Assembly: GCF_016432865.1 (NCBI RefSeq)
Contig: NC_067398.1
Coordinates: 137,702,001 to 137,766,000, forward strand
Length of the DNA: 64,000 nt
DNA from: Antechinus flavipes
Lineage: Eukaryota
Reading direction: 5' to 3'
Below the pieces are notes generated by a model that made no database searches, was not told the origin of the DNA, and saw only the letters and a list, made by a program, of their open reading frames with translations. Of the stretch, positions 29,401-43,100 are shown in pieces. Position 1 is the stretch's first letter. Every line of letters begins with the position of its first letter. The translations under genes and the position numbers were made by a program.

Positions 29401-32400
29401 AAAAAAAACTAACCTGTTCAAATGAATTTATTTAAGTGCCAAACTACACCGTAGAAGATAGATTGGTTCTGTTGAGTTGACTCTGAAGGACAGAGCTAGG
29501 ATCACTGAAATATTTTTGCAAGAGTTCCAGTGAAATAGCTTAGTAATCATGTCTAACTATGTATCTCCTACATTACCGCAAAACAGTAAAATAATAATAA
29601 CAATAAAGCAAACAAAATTTTAAAACACCCAAACAATGAAGAGAAAAAGAAGAAATCCTTACAAATAAAAACCCACAGGATAAAGAAACATCATAGAGAG
29701 ACTGAAGAAATGTGCAATTAAACAAACAAACAAAAAATCCCAATGATATAGAAAGAAATATTAAGGAATAAAAGATCTTGAAAGAATTCTCAAAAAGGGA
29801 ATAATATCATTCTAATTACAACCATCCTCCATAAGTTTGATCCAAAAGGCAAAAAACTGGAGTGATTGAAAAGTTTAATAAAAGTATTAAAGGAAATGAT
29901 AAGGAACAAAATCTTAACCCAAAATTGCAAAACCAAATAAGGTAGTGAGTAGTTCAAAACAGATAGTGGGGAAATCAATAGATAAATCAGTGGATCCTGA
30001 AAATGAGAATAGCAAAGACAGAGTACCAAAAAATACAAAGAGGCAGCAAGAAATATTAAAGCATTAGACAGTTATTAGTACAATTTGGTTATTTTAACCA
30101 AAGTAATTGATCTTGAAGATTAAAATTAACAAGAAAAATGATTTTAAAAAAGGAACCTAAGGTCATATCTCAGGAAATCATACAAGACAATGTCCTGATA
30201 GTATAGAATTCAAGGACAATGGAAATCAACAGACTCCACTGGATACTGAAAGAGAGAAGGCAAATTAACTTACCCAGAACTATAATCGCAAAGGTTTAGA
30301 GTAAAGGAAAGGACTTTGCAAATTTCCAGGAGATAGATATTCATTTTTCAGAAAACACTAATTCAAATAATTAAAGACTAATCTTTAATGAAAAGCAGCC
30401 TAGATTCAGGAAGACTCATTATTCTGAGTTCAAATCTGGCTACTTACTAGCTGCTGTGATCCTGGGTAAGTTACCCAGTTGGCTTCAATTTCTCAATTTA
30501 TAAATTGAGATCTATAAATGAGCCAGAGAAGAAAATAGCAGACCACTCCAGTGTCTTTGCCAAGAAAAATCCCAAATAGGGTCGCAAAGACTCAGACATC
30601 ACTTAAAAATGACTAAACGATAATACTCTTTGATGAGAAGAAATAAAAGGCTTGATTTTTATTATATTCCAAAAAGGAAAGGAAAATGGCTTATATCCTA
30701 GGATAACTTTTGGACCTGAGCATAAGCAAAAGAAATGGATCTTCAGCAAAATGGCTTTCTTTCACCTTCCTCTTGAGAAAGTCAGAGTTGAGCAGAGTTT
30801 TTAACAATAAAAAAAAAGCTTAAAGATAAATACTTACACATAGAATGAAAAGGCCAGGTGGTCTTGGTGTCAGTGTTTACATGATGCAAAAAGGAAATAG
30901 TCTAGTGACTTGAGAGAACAAGAAGAAAACAGGCTTCGGTGGTATGACAGAAGCAACCCAGAGAAAGGAGAGAGGGGAGAGGGAGATGGAGTGATAAGCA
31001 TTTCTTAAAATCAAGGTGTTGCTGATGAAGTTTGTTCAGGCAATGAAAGGAGGGGATTGGGGGAAATGAGTGTCAAAAACCACTTGGTTCTTACCTGGAC
31101 TAAATAAGAAAAATGTAAAAAGTAAAGATTTGTTTTTTTTTTTAAATAAGCATCTCAGACTTAAATAAGCAGGTGGTGGCCCCCACCTGCAATCCCTGAT
31201 CCCAAAGGAAGATGATTGAGCTCCCAAGATCCAAACTGCAGTAGGGCTGAAGTGGTTAAGTATGGTTCCACTGGGTGAGACTCCAGATACGGAGCACCCA
31301 AAGCAAACCAAAGCTTCCATGCCAGTGAGCAGCTGGAAGGGGCCTTCCAGTCTGGGAAAGATATTGGGGAGGTCCAGTTCTCATGGAAAAACAAACAAAA
31401 ACAAGATTTCAGTAAAAGCAGAATCCAAGGATCTGCAACTGGATGAGATGTGTGGACATGGCTAAGGATGAAGATTATGATACAATTGCTTCAACTAAAA
31501 CAAACAGTGGGTGATGGGGAGGAATAGGATTTGAGGGAGTTAGAGAACTATAGCAGCTACATATGAATAAACAGCACCACCCAAATTTAAGAACATTTAC
31601 TGATTCTTAAGCTACGTTGAGGTGAGAGAGGCTATAGAATCACTGTCCACCGTTCACCGCTGGGATCAGAGCTTATCTGGAGCATTATATTCCGTCCCGG
31701 CGTACCATTTTAAGGACATTGGCAAGCATGAGGAAGGCCACCAGAACTTGAGGATTCCTGAAACTATCCTGTGAGGATCAGATGCAGAAACTGGAGATGT
31801 TGAGCTTGAAAAAGAGAAAGTTTGTGGAGGGGAAGTGGTCATGTCAGCTGTTTTCATGCTATTTTATCAGCCAGGATGGAGAAGATAAAATGGCTCTGTT
31901 TAATTAGTCCCAAAGGACTAAGCCAGGATTACAGCATGAAAGTTGCAGAGTGCCCGTCTGATGTGAGAAAAAGCAAGCTAACAAAATGTTCAGGGGCTTC
32001 TCAGGGCAGTCTGGGTTGCCCCCTCCTCAGGACCAAAGTAAGAGGGGGGACCACTTGTAGGGGACATTGCAGAAAGGACCCCGGAGTGAGTTCAGGTTGC
32101 CTTGTGAGTTGCCGGCCTGCCCAGGACATCATGAGCAGAAAGCCTCTGGGCCCAGTTCTGTGACTCTGCTGCCTTCCCTGGCCCTGGAGGTGTTGGAGCA
32201 AAGGCGCCATTACTCACAACATAATTTTGCAAGCTGTAATGTTTAGTCTTGGTCGCATTTGACATCTGTCCTATTTAACTTTGTGAGGAGAGTCTAGCCG
32301 AGGGTCAGCTAGTTTACTAGTTCAAATTCATTCACAAAGATTGTTCAGCTTCCCATTTCACTGTGTACATTGTGAGAGGGTCTCGAGGGACACTCCTAAC

Positions 32401-35400
32401 CCACTAGATGATACCATTTCATTCTGCAGTGTTTTTACAATTTGGATGCAGGATCTCCCTTGGAGGAAATGCCTATTGCATAGTTTGGAATGACTCAAGT
32501 ATTTATTAATAGAGAGGAAGAGGAAGATGAGAAAAACAAGACAAAGAAGGGAAAAGGGATGGATGGCTTGATACCCTGAGCAAATCTGTTTGGCTTGTTT
32601 ACCTTTAAAGTTCACATTACATTGGCACTAAATCGGGAGGAATTTGGAGCACCATGGCCAAAAAATAAATAGAACCTAGAGAGAGGGTAAAAATAAGGTC
32701 AGGAAATAACAAAATGAACCAACTGGGAAACAAATATATCTGATGATAAATAATCTGGCACACATATTCAGTGGGTGGGGGAAAAACCTGGAAATGCCAG
32801 GAAAGGCAAAGGAGTGATGCTAAAGTCTTTCTAGAACCACTAGAGTATATTGTGGAGATAAAATTAACAGAGATGATCCAAAACATTCTCCACTATCGCC
32901 TCCCAGCTGGCCCACCATCCAAAAGTTGTGAACATACCCGGAAGGGAATGTTTATGATTCATTATAATGGAATTCATCTGGTACATTGTTCATAAAAAAT
33001 ATTTAATAACCATCATTACAGCAAATACATCTCTGTCTGTATGTGTGTCTCTGTGTCTCTTTATGTCTTTATTTCTTTCTCTCTCCTCTCTCTCCCACAA
33101 CCAGGTAAATGTTTGAATAAAAGTCAATAAATCAGTTCCATAAGTGGTAAGGAAACCAAGTGGTCTTCTGGAAAGAATATAATTGGATTTCTAAACTTTC
33201 TCTTGGCCCCTCTCAATACAAGAAATTTTAAACTATCTCAATATCATCTTAAATTCAAATGAGAAAACTGAAGTGTCTCAAAAACATTTTAAATTAAAAT
33301 ATGAAGGTTAAAATGGGCAATACCAACACATAGTTTTCCCTCCTCTGCAAGAAACTTCAAGTTCATTTACAAGTTATTGTTGACTTTACTATATCCATAA
33401 TCCAATGTGAAATGGTACCATTTTTGCCTTTACAGCATTGCCAACAATCTATCCTTTCTTCTATGTTTAAATGACTACCTTATTAGTATCCATCTTGATC
33501 TGTCCTCCAATCCTTTAACTGTTCACCTCAAAGGTCTTATCATACCATAATACCAGAATTCAGAATCATATTTTCCATTGCAATAGAATACCCTATATTT
33601 TTCCTCCTACTGATCTTTTCATTCTTCTCAGGAAAATTTGCCTATATTAAAATTTATCAATTCACTATAAACCAATATATATTGATTGCTTTCTCCTAGT
33701 CATCATCTCCCCCCAACTTGACTATCTTACTGATCCCTTCCTTATTCTTTCACCCAATTGTAGCCCATCTATTTAAAGATTATATTCATAGCTGCCTTCT
33801 CTTTTCTCTCTGAACTTCTTTTATAACAAACACACATTCCCAATTTTTAACTTCAATTATCACTACAATGTGGATGATTCCAAAATATTTATCTCTGCCC
33901 AGACTTCAACTTTTGGGTTCAGTCCAGAAATTCCACTTATCAATTGGATGGACATCTCTACTTGTGTATCTTACTAATATTATAAGTTCAACATGATAAA
34001 AAAAATTCACTCTTTCTATTTCATCATTGCATCATAGATCTAGAACTGGAAGAAACTTCAGAGGCCATCTGGTCTAGTTCTTTCTAGTTTTTGCATATAA
34101 GGATATCCCTGAAAACAAAAATTAATGTAATTAATACAGACTCTTCACATTCTTCCACCATCCACATCCCATTCATTGCTAAGTCCTGCGTCTTCCACTT
34201 CTTTAACACCTCTATCATTCTGAACATTAGTTTTTTGGCTGCCATATCATGCTACTGTCTCATTGAGTCTGCAATTAATTTAAATCCCAATATTTTTTGT
34301 ACAAACTGTTATCTTTCTTTTTTGTTTGTTTTTTTTTTGGGGGGAGAGGTTGGTTTTTTGAATTTTTAATAACTTTTTATTGACAGAACCCATGCCAGGG
34401 TAATTTTTTACAGCATTATCCCTTGCACTCACTTCTGTTCCTATTTTTCCCCTCCCTCTCTCCACCCCCTCCCCCAGATGGCAAGCAATCCTTTACATGT
34501 TAAATAGGTTACAGTATATCCTAGATACAATATATTGTGCAGAACCGAACAGTTTTCTTGTTGCACAGGGAGAATTGGATTCAGAAGGTATAAATAACCC
34601 TGGAAGAAAAACAAAAATGCAAGCAGTTTATATTCATTTCCTAGTGTTCTTTCTTTGGGTGTAGGTGCTTCTGTCCATCATTTATCAATTGAAACTGAAT
34701 TAGCTCTCTTTATCAAAGAGATCCACTTCCATCAGAATACATCCTTATACAGTATTGTTGTTGAAGTGTGTAATGATCGCCTGGTTCTGCTCACTTCACT
34801 TAGCATCAGTTCATGTAAGTCTCACCAGTCCTTTCTGTATTCATCCTGCTGGTCATTCCTTACAGAACAATAATATTCCATAACATTCATATACCATAAT
34901 TTACCCAACCATTCTCCAAATGATGGGCATCCATTCATTTTCCAGCTTCTAGCCACTACAAACAGGGCTGCCACAAACATTTTGGCACATACAGGTCTCT
35001 TTCCCTTCTTTAGTATCTCTTTGGGGTATAAGCCCAGTAGAAACACTGCTAGATCAAAGGGTATGCATAGTTTGATAACTTTTTGAGCATAGTTCCAAAT
35101 TGCTCTCCAGAATGGCTGGATATGTTCACAATTCCACCAACAATGTATCAGTGTCCCTATTTTCCCACATCCCCTCCAACATTCCACATTATCTTTCCCT
35201 GTCATTCTAGCCAATCTGACAGGTGTGTAGTGGTATCTCAGAGTTGTCTTAATTTGCATTTCTCTGATTAATAATGATTTGGAGCATATTTTCATATGTC
35301 TATAAATAGTTTAAATTTCTTCATCTGAGAATTGTCTTTTCATATCCTTTGACCATTTATCAATTGGAGAATAGCTTGATTTCTTATAGACTCAATTCTC

Positions 35401-38400
35401 TATATATTTTGATAATGAGGCCTTTATCAGAGCCTTTAACTGTAAAAATGTTTTCCCAGTTTATTGTTTCCCTTCTAATCTTGTCTGCATTTGTTTTGTT
35501 TGTACAAAAACTTTTCAATTTCATATAATCAAAATTTTCTATTTTGTGATCAATAGTGATCTCTAGTTCTTCTTTGGTCATAAATTCCTTCCTCTTCCAC
35601 TGGTCTGAGAGATAAACTATCCTATGCTCTTCCAATTTATTTATAATCTCATTCTTTATGCCTAGGTCATGAACCTATTTTGACCCTATCTTGGTGTTTG
35701 GTGTTAAGTGTGGGTCAATGCCTAGTTTCTGCCATACTAATTTCCAATTTTCCCAGTAATTTTTGTCAAATAATGCATTCTTATCCCCAAAACTGGGGTC
35801 TTTGGGTTTGTCAAACACTATATTATTAAAATTATTGGATGTTTTGTCCTTTGAACCTAACCTATTCCATTGATCGACTAGTCTATTTCTTAGCCAATAC
35901 CAGATGGTTTTAGTAACTGCTGCTTTATAATATAATTTTAGATCTGTTACAGCTAGGCCACCTTCATTTGATTTTTTTTTCATTAATTCCCTTGAAATTC
36001 TTGACCTTTTGTTTTTCCATATGAACTTTGTTGTTATTTTTTCTAGGTCATCACAAACTGTTATCTTTCTATGATTCCTCAGACATGGACTTCTACAGTG
36101 TTATTTTTTAACCCAAATATGAGATTTCATATTTATTACACTAAATTTCATTTTATTAAATTTATCCCATCTGTCAAAATTCTGACTTTGTGATCCATCC
36201 AGTAGTTAAATTCTCCTTCCCAGTTTCATCCTCAATAAATTTGATAAATATAATCTAAATTTTCAATTAAAGTCAGAGATAATGAAAGCCATTGATAAAA
36301 ACATACTATTTGAGACCACTCACTAAGTTGACATTAATTTATTAATTATTACTGAATCCAGTCATTCAAACAGTTTCAAATCCAACTAAATTTTCTATTA
36401 TCTAGCCCCTAGCTTCTTAAACTGTGGGTCAAAACCTCATATGGGATCTTACAAATAAATGTGGAGGTCACAAAATTATGATTTATTATCAGTAAATGTT
36501 TGATTTGTATACCTATTTTATATGCCTATCAGCAAGTAAAAATTTCTCAGACAAAAATGGGTCACAAGTGGGAAAAGTTTAAGAAATTCTGAAGGACATC
36601 TATATCTCTATTACTATAACTTGTCTACCTGGAAAGAAAAGGATACTATCAAATGCTTTGCTCAAACCAAAGCGTATTACATCTATGGAAATTCATCCAA
36701 TAATCCTGACAAAAAGTTGAAATGATTTTTGATATATTCCTGACAAATTGACTTTTACTTATCATTGATTCTCTTTCTAAGCATTCAAAAACCATCTCTT
36801 TAATATTTCATTCTAGAATTTTGCCCAGAATAAAAACTAAATTGCCAAATCTAGAGTGTGGATAATCTACCACTATTGTTATTCACAGCTGAAAACACAC
36901 AGACATTCACATACAAGTTTTTTCAGCATCCTGGCATATAGTATATCCAGTTATAATGATCTGAACTCATATTCTCCTAATATCTTCTTATTTATCTGAG
37001 ATTTTAATTCTCTGTTAATCTTTATTCTAGCCTTGCCAGGCAAAAAGGTTATTCTCTTTGGTAGAGAATAAAGAAGCAAAATAAGGTTTTGGTAGTTGAG
37101 TATCATTGAAATCACTGGTGTTTATGTCATGCCAGTTCTACCCTTGAGAATATTACTTTATTACTTTTAAGACTTGTAAAAAATTTTGACCTGAAGATCC
37201 TACCTAGGTACTATCTTGAATTCTTAAAAAAAAAAAAAAAATACTGCCTCCAAATCCAGAGTAGGCAGCTAGGTGGTGCAGTGGAATAATGTACCAGGCC
37301 TAGACTTAGGAAGACTGATCTTCTTGAGCCCAAATCCAGCCTCAGGCGCCCACTGGCTGTGTAACCCCAAGCAAGCCATTCATCCTGCCTGCCTCAGTTT
37401 TCTCATCTGTTAAATGAGCTAGAGAAGGAAATGGCAAACTACTCCAGTATCTCTGCCAAGAAAACCCCAAATGAGGTCATGACAACTCAGAAATGACTAA
37501 AACAAATGAACAACAATGACAAAGTCTAGCAGCCATCCAGACAGTTGAAGTCAACCAGTATCATTGTGTTAAATGCATATGTGCTTCCCACAATTATCAT
37601 CCATTTTCTCCTTCAGGCCCAGCATATTACTTTTGCCACAGTATTCTTTTTTCACTATATTTACCCTATTTAATTGCTTCATTTCTCTAGTTCTCAGATT
37701 TCTTCAATAAATATAATTTCTCTATATATATTTATCTAACCTGTCACTTCTGAATAGTCAAATTCCAGTCATAAATCACATTTTATTGTGACATTATTAA
37801 TGATATCTATGGGGTCAGATTTACTTCCTTACATCAATATTTATATTTTACATTCTATATCAGCAGTAATTTATATATTTATATATAGACAGCTAAAATC
37901 ATGAATTCTTCCTAGGGAATGACCAAACAAATTATAGTACATCAATATAATGAAATATAACTGTTTCATATGAAACAATGGATATCAAGAATTCAAAGTG
38001 TGAGAAGATTTCCATGAATTGATTATGAGGAAACTAAAAAGAACCAGGAAATGTATCTGTGTGTACATAGTAATATGTGTATATATGTTTGTGTTTACAT
38101 TGTAGTCACTCTGTGTGTGTACAACTAAATATAGGCACTTAACAAATTTATAAAATTGAATTGAGCTCTTTAATAAGAAAAGAAATACAAATTAAAACAA
38201 CTTTAAGGTAGTATCTTATCCCCATCAAAAAGGCCAGAGACTCGCAACACAATTAAGCTATGGAAAATAAACACTTACTATCTATTAGTACATGGAGAAG
38301 TTGTGATTTATGTCACAATTCCCACAATTGTGAGAATATTCACAATGAACTTTTCTAGATGGGTACTCATATGATGGACATGAAGTCTACCATAGAAATT

Positions 38401-40103
38401 GGACTGGTAGTCCTTCCATTTTGGAAGGTCCTTCCAGAGTTTATCCATTATTGGTAGAGTCTTAAAAAATTCAAGATCATCTCCATATCTTAATGAGGCA
38501 TCAAAGTAAAATTTTAACACAAAAGATATCAGAGATATTAAACAAGGGTCAGTTCATCCTGAGAGATACTTTTTCTTTTTTAATTCATTTTTACTTTTTT
38601 AAAAGTATGAATAATGACTTCATGCACACCCTATCACAAATGTTAGTGTAGAATTAAGTTGTAATAGTTGGTGACTCTCACTGAAAGATATATCAAGGTA
38701 GCCAAATAATGACCAGATATGAATAAGGTAGAATACTATCTTCTTAAGAAATATATTTGAGATATGATGGAAAGCCTAATGACCATTATCCACTTCTTAT
38801 GATCCAAGTAGAAACAAATCCTATTTTTCCCTTTTTTTGGTAAGTAAATAGAGAGAAAAGACTATTGTTGTTCATTTTTGTAACCAGAACCAGAGCCTAG
38901 CACAGTATCTTAAGCAGTCAGTTCTAAATAAATTTTCATTGATTCAGTTCTAAATAAATTTTCATTGATTCAGTTCTAAATAAATTTTCATTGAGTTAAA
39001 AAATAATGGCACTTGTGTATGTAACAAAATGATGTAGATATGGATTATAAACACTAATGCTTTGAGAAACTGAGATAAAGAGTTAAAGCAACTTATCACA
39101 ATCCAGAAGTGATACACTATACATACATTTGGTTCTTAGAGATTTTTTTGTTCTTTCCCCTAGTTTATGTTATTTGGTTTATCTCCATGTATCAAAAAGT
39201 GAATTAACTAAGATTTGTTATTAAATTTTGGCTTTAAATCTATGATCTCATCAGTTTGAGTGCTTTTGCCAAAGTACAGATTGGAACACACCCACAATTT
39301 CTCATCTTGTGTGGCTCTTGTTCCATGTTCTCTTATGACTCCTTCAAAGAGAATTTAACCGATGTCCCAGAGGTCTTACTCTATGTTCCTTAGAATTCTG
39401 TAGGTACCAGTGAAGGTCCTGAGCTCTCCATCATAAACCCTCAATTCTAGCTACATAATTGACCTTCTCTCATTTCCAATCACACTTTTCTTGGATTTTT
39501 AAAAAGTCATTTCTAATATACAAGATTTCATTGGCAATATGTTGTAATTTATTTATTTCCAGCATATTTCCCTCCATTGCCTTTTGGATGACCTGCAATT
39601 TCAATTCCTGAGAATAAAATGTTACCTGATTCCTAGCTACATAGCATTTCCAGAAAACTAATTGTATTAAAAAGATGGGTTTTTGTTTCAGAAAGCAATC
39701 TGAGATCACTGGCACCACTGTGCACTTTCTAAAACAAAATCTAATCAGCTCTTCTCCTCCTATTCAATTCTGACTCTCCCGTCATTGTCCATTTTCAGTG
39801 TCAGTTCAAAATGTATAATAAGTAGATCCCTGAGCTATTCTTCAACCACTTGGTTTTTCCTGTGTAGACTATTTAAAGATTGTGCATCTCATCAGGGCAA
39901 CTGTAGAATAGCTTAGGGTGTGAAACAATTAATGCTCATTGATGTGTAAGAAATAGTACCTGGACGACCTCACCTTCTATATGTAATTCCTCTTCTTTTT
40001 GTGCTCTGCTATGAATATTGTCCATAACAGTAACAAATATCTTTAATGAGTATATTGTATAGATTGCCTTTAAATCTGTGGTTCATATTGGTCATCAGAA
40101 GAT

Positions 40104-40149
<46 letters not shown>

Positions 40150-43100
40150 CAAACAAATAAATGAGCTATACCTTTTGGGCCCCAGACCAACACAATATGT
40201 TGAGTTTGCATTGGGGGTCTCTCAAAAATAGTCTCTACTTCTTGTTTTGCCTCAAATCAGGAAGTACCATGAGACCAGTAAAATCTAGTTCGTATATCTT
40301 AAAGGTCACTTGGCTTTTCCTGAAAGAACTCCAACTTATAAGACATCATATGGAGGAAAAAAATAATTTAACTTGACAAAACAATGCAAAGGTCTTACAT
40401 ACAAGTCCTACCAAAAAAAAAAAGAAAATTCTTCTTCCCTTTACAAAGGACTGTCTGGGGGCTTTGTTCTAATTCTTGACTTAAAATTTCACACAACACA
40501 GTATTATTGAAGGGATACGCTGGAATCATTACTCAGAAAGTGCATGAAACAGCTCTTCAAAGCTGGTCCTGTGGACTTCGTTTGAAGCCTAAATCAGACT
40601 ACACAACTGGATCTCCTATATTCTCTTGTTGAGGCTTCTCTTCCTATATATCAATTTGGTTCTGGCTCCTAGATACACTGTGGAACCGAGAGTCCTCATC
40701 TGTTTTGTGTCAAGGACCTCTTCAGGAAGCTAGTGAAACCTCTACATGGATTCTTCTCTTCTCAGAATAATGCTTTTAAATGAATAAAAGACATAGGATT
40801 CGAAGCCAATTATTTTAAAAATTAATTTCATAATTATTAATATAATTGTTTTTTAATAGTTAACAAAATTTTTTATTTATATGTTCACAGATCCCAGGTG
40901 TTGAGACAAGTATGATGGGCCTCTTCCCAAACCCATGCAAAACCAAGAGTCTCTTTGCCCCTCTCTGAGTCTCCATATCCATCCCCAGTATTTGTCCCTA
41001 TCACTTTTTAAAGCTCAAACTCTATATTAGGAACTCTTAATCTTTTCTGAGTCATGAGATCTCTTTTGACAGCCTAATGAAACCTATAGACCCCATCACA
41101 GAAGAATATTTTTTAACTACAAAAAATAAACTCTTTAGGATTACAATAGAAAACTATATTGAAATAAAGAAGGGATCTTTTCCCTCCAAGGTTCATGGTC
41201 TTCTTGGGGGCAGGAAGGGGGTCATGATCCTAAGTTAAGAACCTCTGCTCTTTACTCATCACCCATGTAAAATGCACTAACCATTTTGCCTATAACTTTA
41301 TATGACAATTCTGATAAATGGTATATTTGAAACTAAAGTAGCTCCTAAATTTCAGAACATTTCTGAGCATCAAAAATATTTTGGATTGAAAAATGTAGAA
41401 GATATTTTGGCCTTATCATGTCAGATTGCATCTGAATACCTCTTTCTTAAAAACCAGGTTGTATACTGCCTACCTCTATTCTACTTCTAACGGTACAATA
41501 GCAATATCTAAAGAATTTCCCTCTGCCTAGACACAAAAAGAGAAAGAGGAGTCACTAAAGTATCACATTCATAGGTGCAACCATTAAGAACAATTCAAGC
41601 TGGAGCTATCACCAGGCCAACAAAATGTCTGTCCTGCTTCCCTCCTTCCCATTTTCAGGGATCCTTAGAGAGGCTAGCTGGTGGGGTTGGCAGTTACCTA
41701 AATGATTTTATTTCTTCCTCTTTGAGGTCTTCTTATGCAAAAATATGTCCACAATTGGTCTACAAAAGTAAGCATTTAAGCCTCACCTACCCAACAAGAA
41801 TACAATAGAGGAAAAAATGTGAAATTCTCATCATCATTCCTTTTTACAAAATGCAAATTCCCTTAGATGGAGAAACATATACATCTATTGATGTGTTCAT
41901 GTATGGTGTCATCAAGAATCCACATAACACTCACTTGCAAGGTGCTAAAGGAATAGGACACAACACTGTCAGTTTTTGACTCAGAGAAGGGGAAAAAGAC
42001 CAATCTAGAATAGAGATGTCAAACATGTCCAATGGTCCAACACACCTAAGAACAATATTAAAATGTAATTGGGAAATATTTAACAAAACATATAAAAATG
42101 TGTAATATAAGCAATATTAACTTGTAAGCCTGCCTTTTCTGGGATATATTTCAGGAAACCACAAACAAAAACTGTGCAGGATAAAAAGTAAATCATTCCA
42201 GCTTTCTGAAAAGGAGGAGGAGGAGGAGGAGACATCTTGCCCTTCCTCTGGACTTTGGAGCTTTGCTCTGCTTCACTCAGGTCCAAATAACTGGCAGGAC
42301 CAGCTGTCACCTTTGTGTTGTCCTTGGTCCTCAACCACAAAGGACAAACAACAATGATATTAATGTATGGTTTTCTACGTCATGCAGCAGCAGAGATCCT
42401 AAAACCGCAGATTTCTTGGAGCTTGACACCACTAATCTAATGCTCCCACAAGATGCAGGGACAACAGAACAGCACTGAGGATGCTGCTGCCTGCATTAGC
42501 ATCATGAGGGGAGCTGGTGGGGTAGGTAGGCGAGTACAATGATCGAGGGAAGCATACAGGGTGAGATGGTGCAACCCAGAGACATATTTGGCTTTCAAAA
42601 TTCTACCTAATCTCAAGGATGATTTGGACAGTTGAGTAGTAGCCATTCAGTAAATACTTGTCTTATTCCTCCCTTTTTTTTTAAATAACTTTTTATTGAT
42701 ACCCATGCCAGGGTAATTTTTTACAGCATTATCCCTTGCATTCACTTCTGTTCCGATTTTTCCCCTCCCTCCCTCCACCCCCTCCCCCAGATGGCAAGCA
42801 ATCTTTTACATGTTGAATAGGTTACAGTATATCCTGGATACAATATACATGTGCAGAACCGAACAGTTTTCTTGTTGCACAGGGAGAATTGCTTATTCCT
42901 CCTTTACATTCTCATCATTAGAGTTTTGTTCCTTTTTCAAAATACATACATCCTCGCCTGCTCAGCTCAAACTGACCCCTGAACTACATAAAAATATCCA
43001 TTCATTGCATGCAGCCTGTCACCTTTCCTAGGCAGGTCAAGAGTACATTATAAATTGGGGAATGTTAAGAAGTCTTTGGTTGTCCTGAGCCCTCATCTCT

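Noticed and set aside
38308-38520. ORF with YGDD, suggestive of a viral RdRp / endogenous viral element
   Set aside because: Residues after YGDD (LEFFK...DKLWKDL) fit a decayed CR1-type reverse transcriptase better; 70 aa, bounded by stops, next to other LINE debris. HMMER against RVT_1 vs RdRp profiles would settle it.
38919-38994. Repeats resembling a CRISPR array
   Set aside because: Head-to-tail with no spacers, in a mammalian genome.
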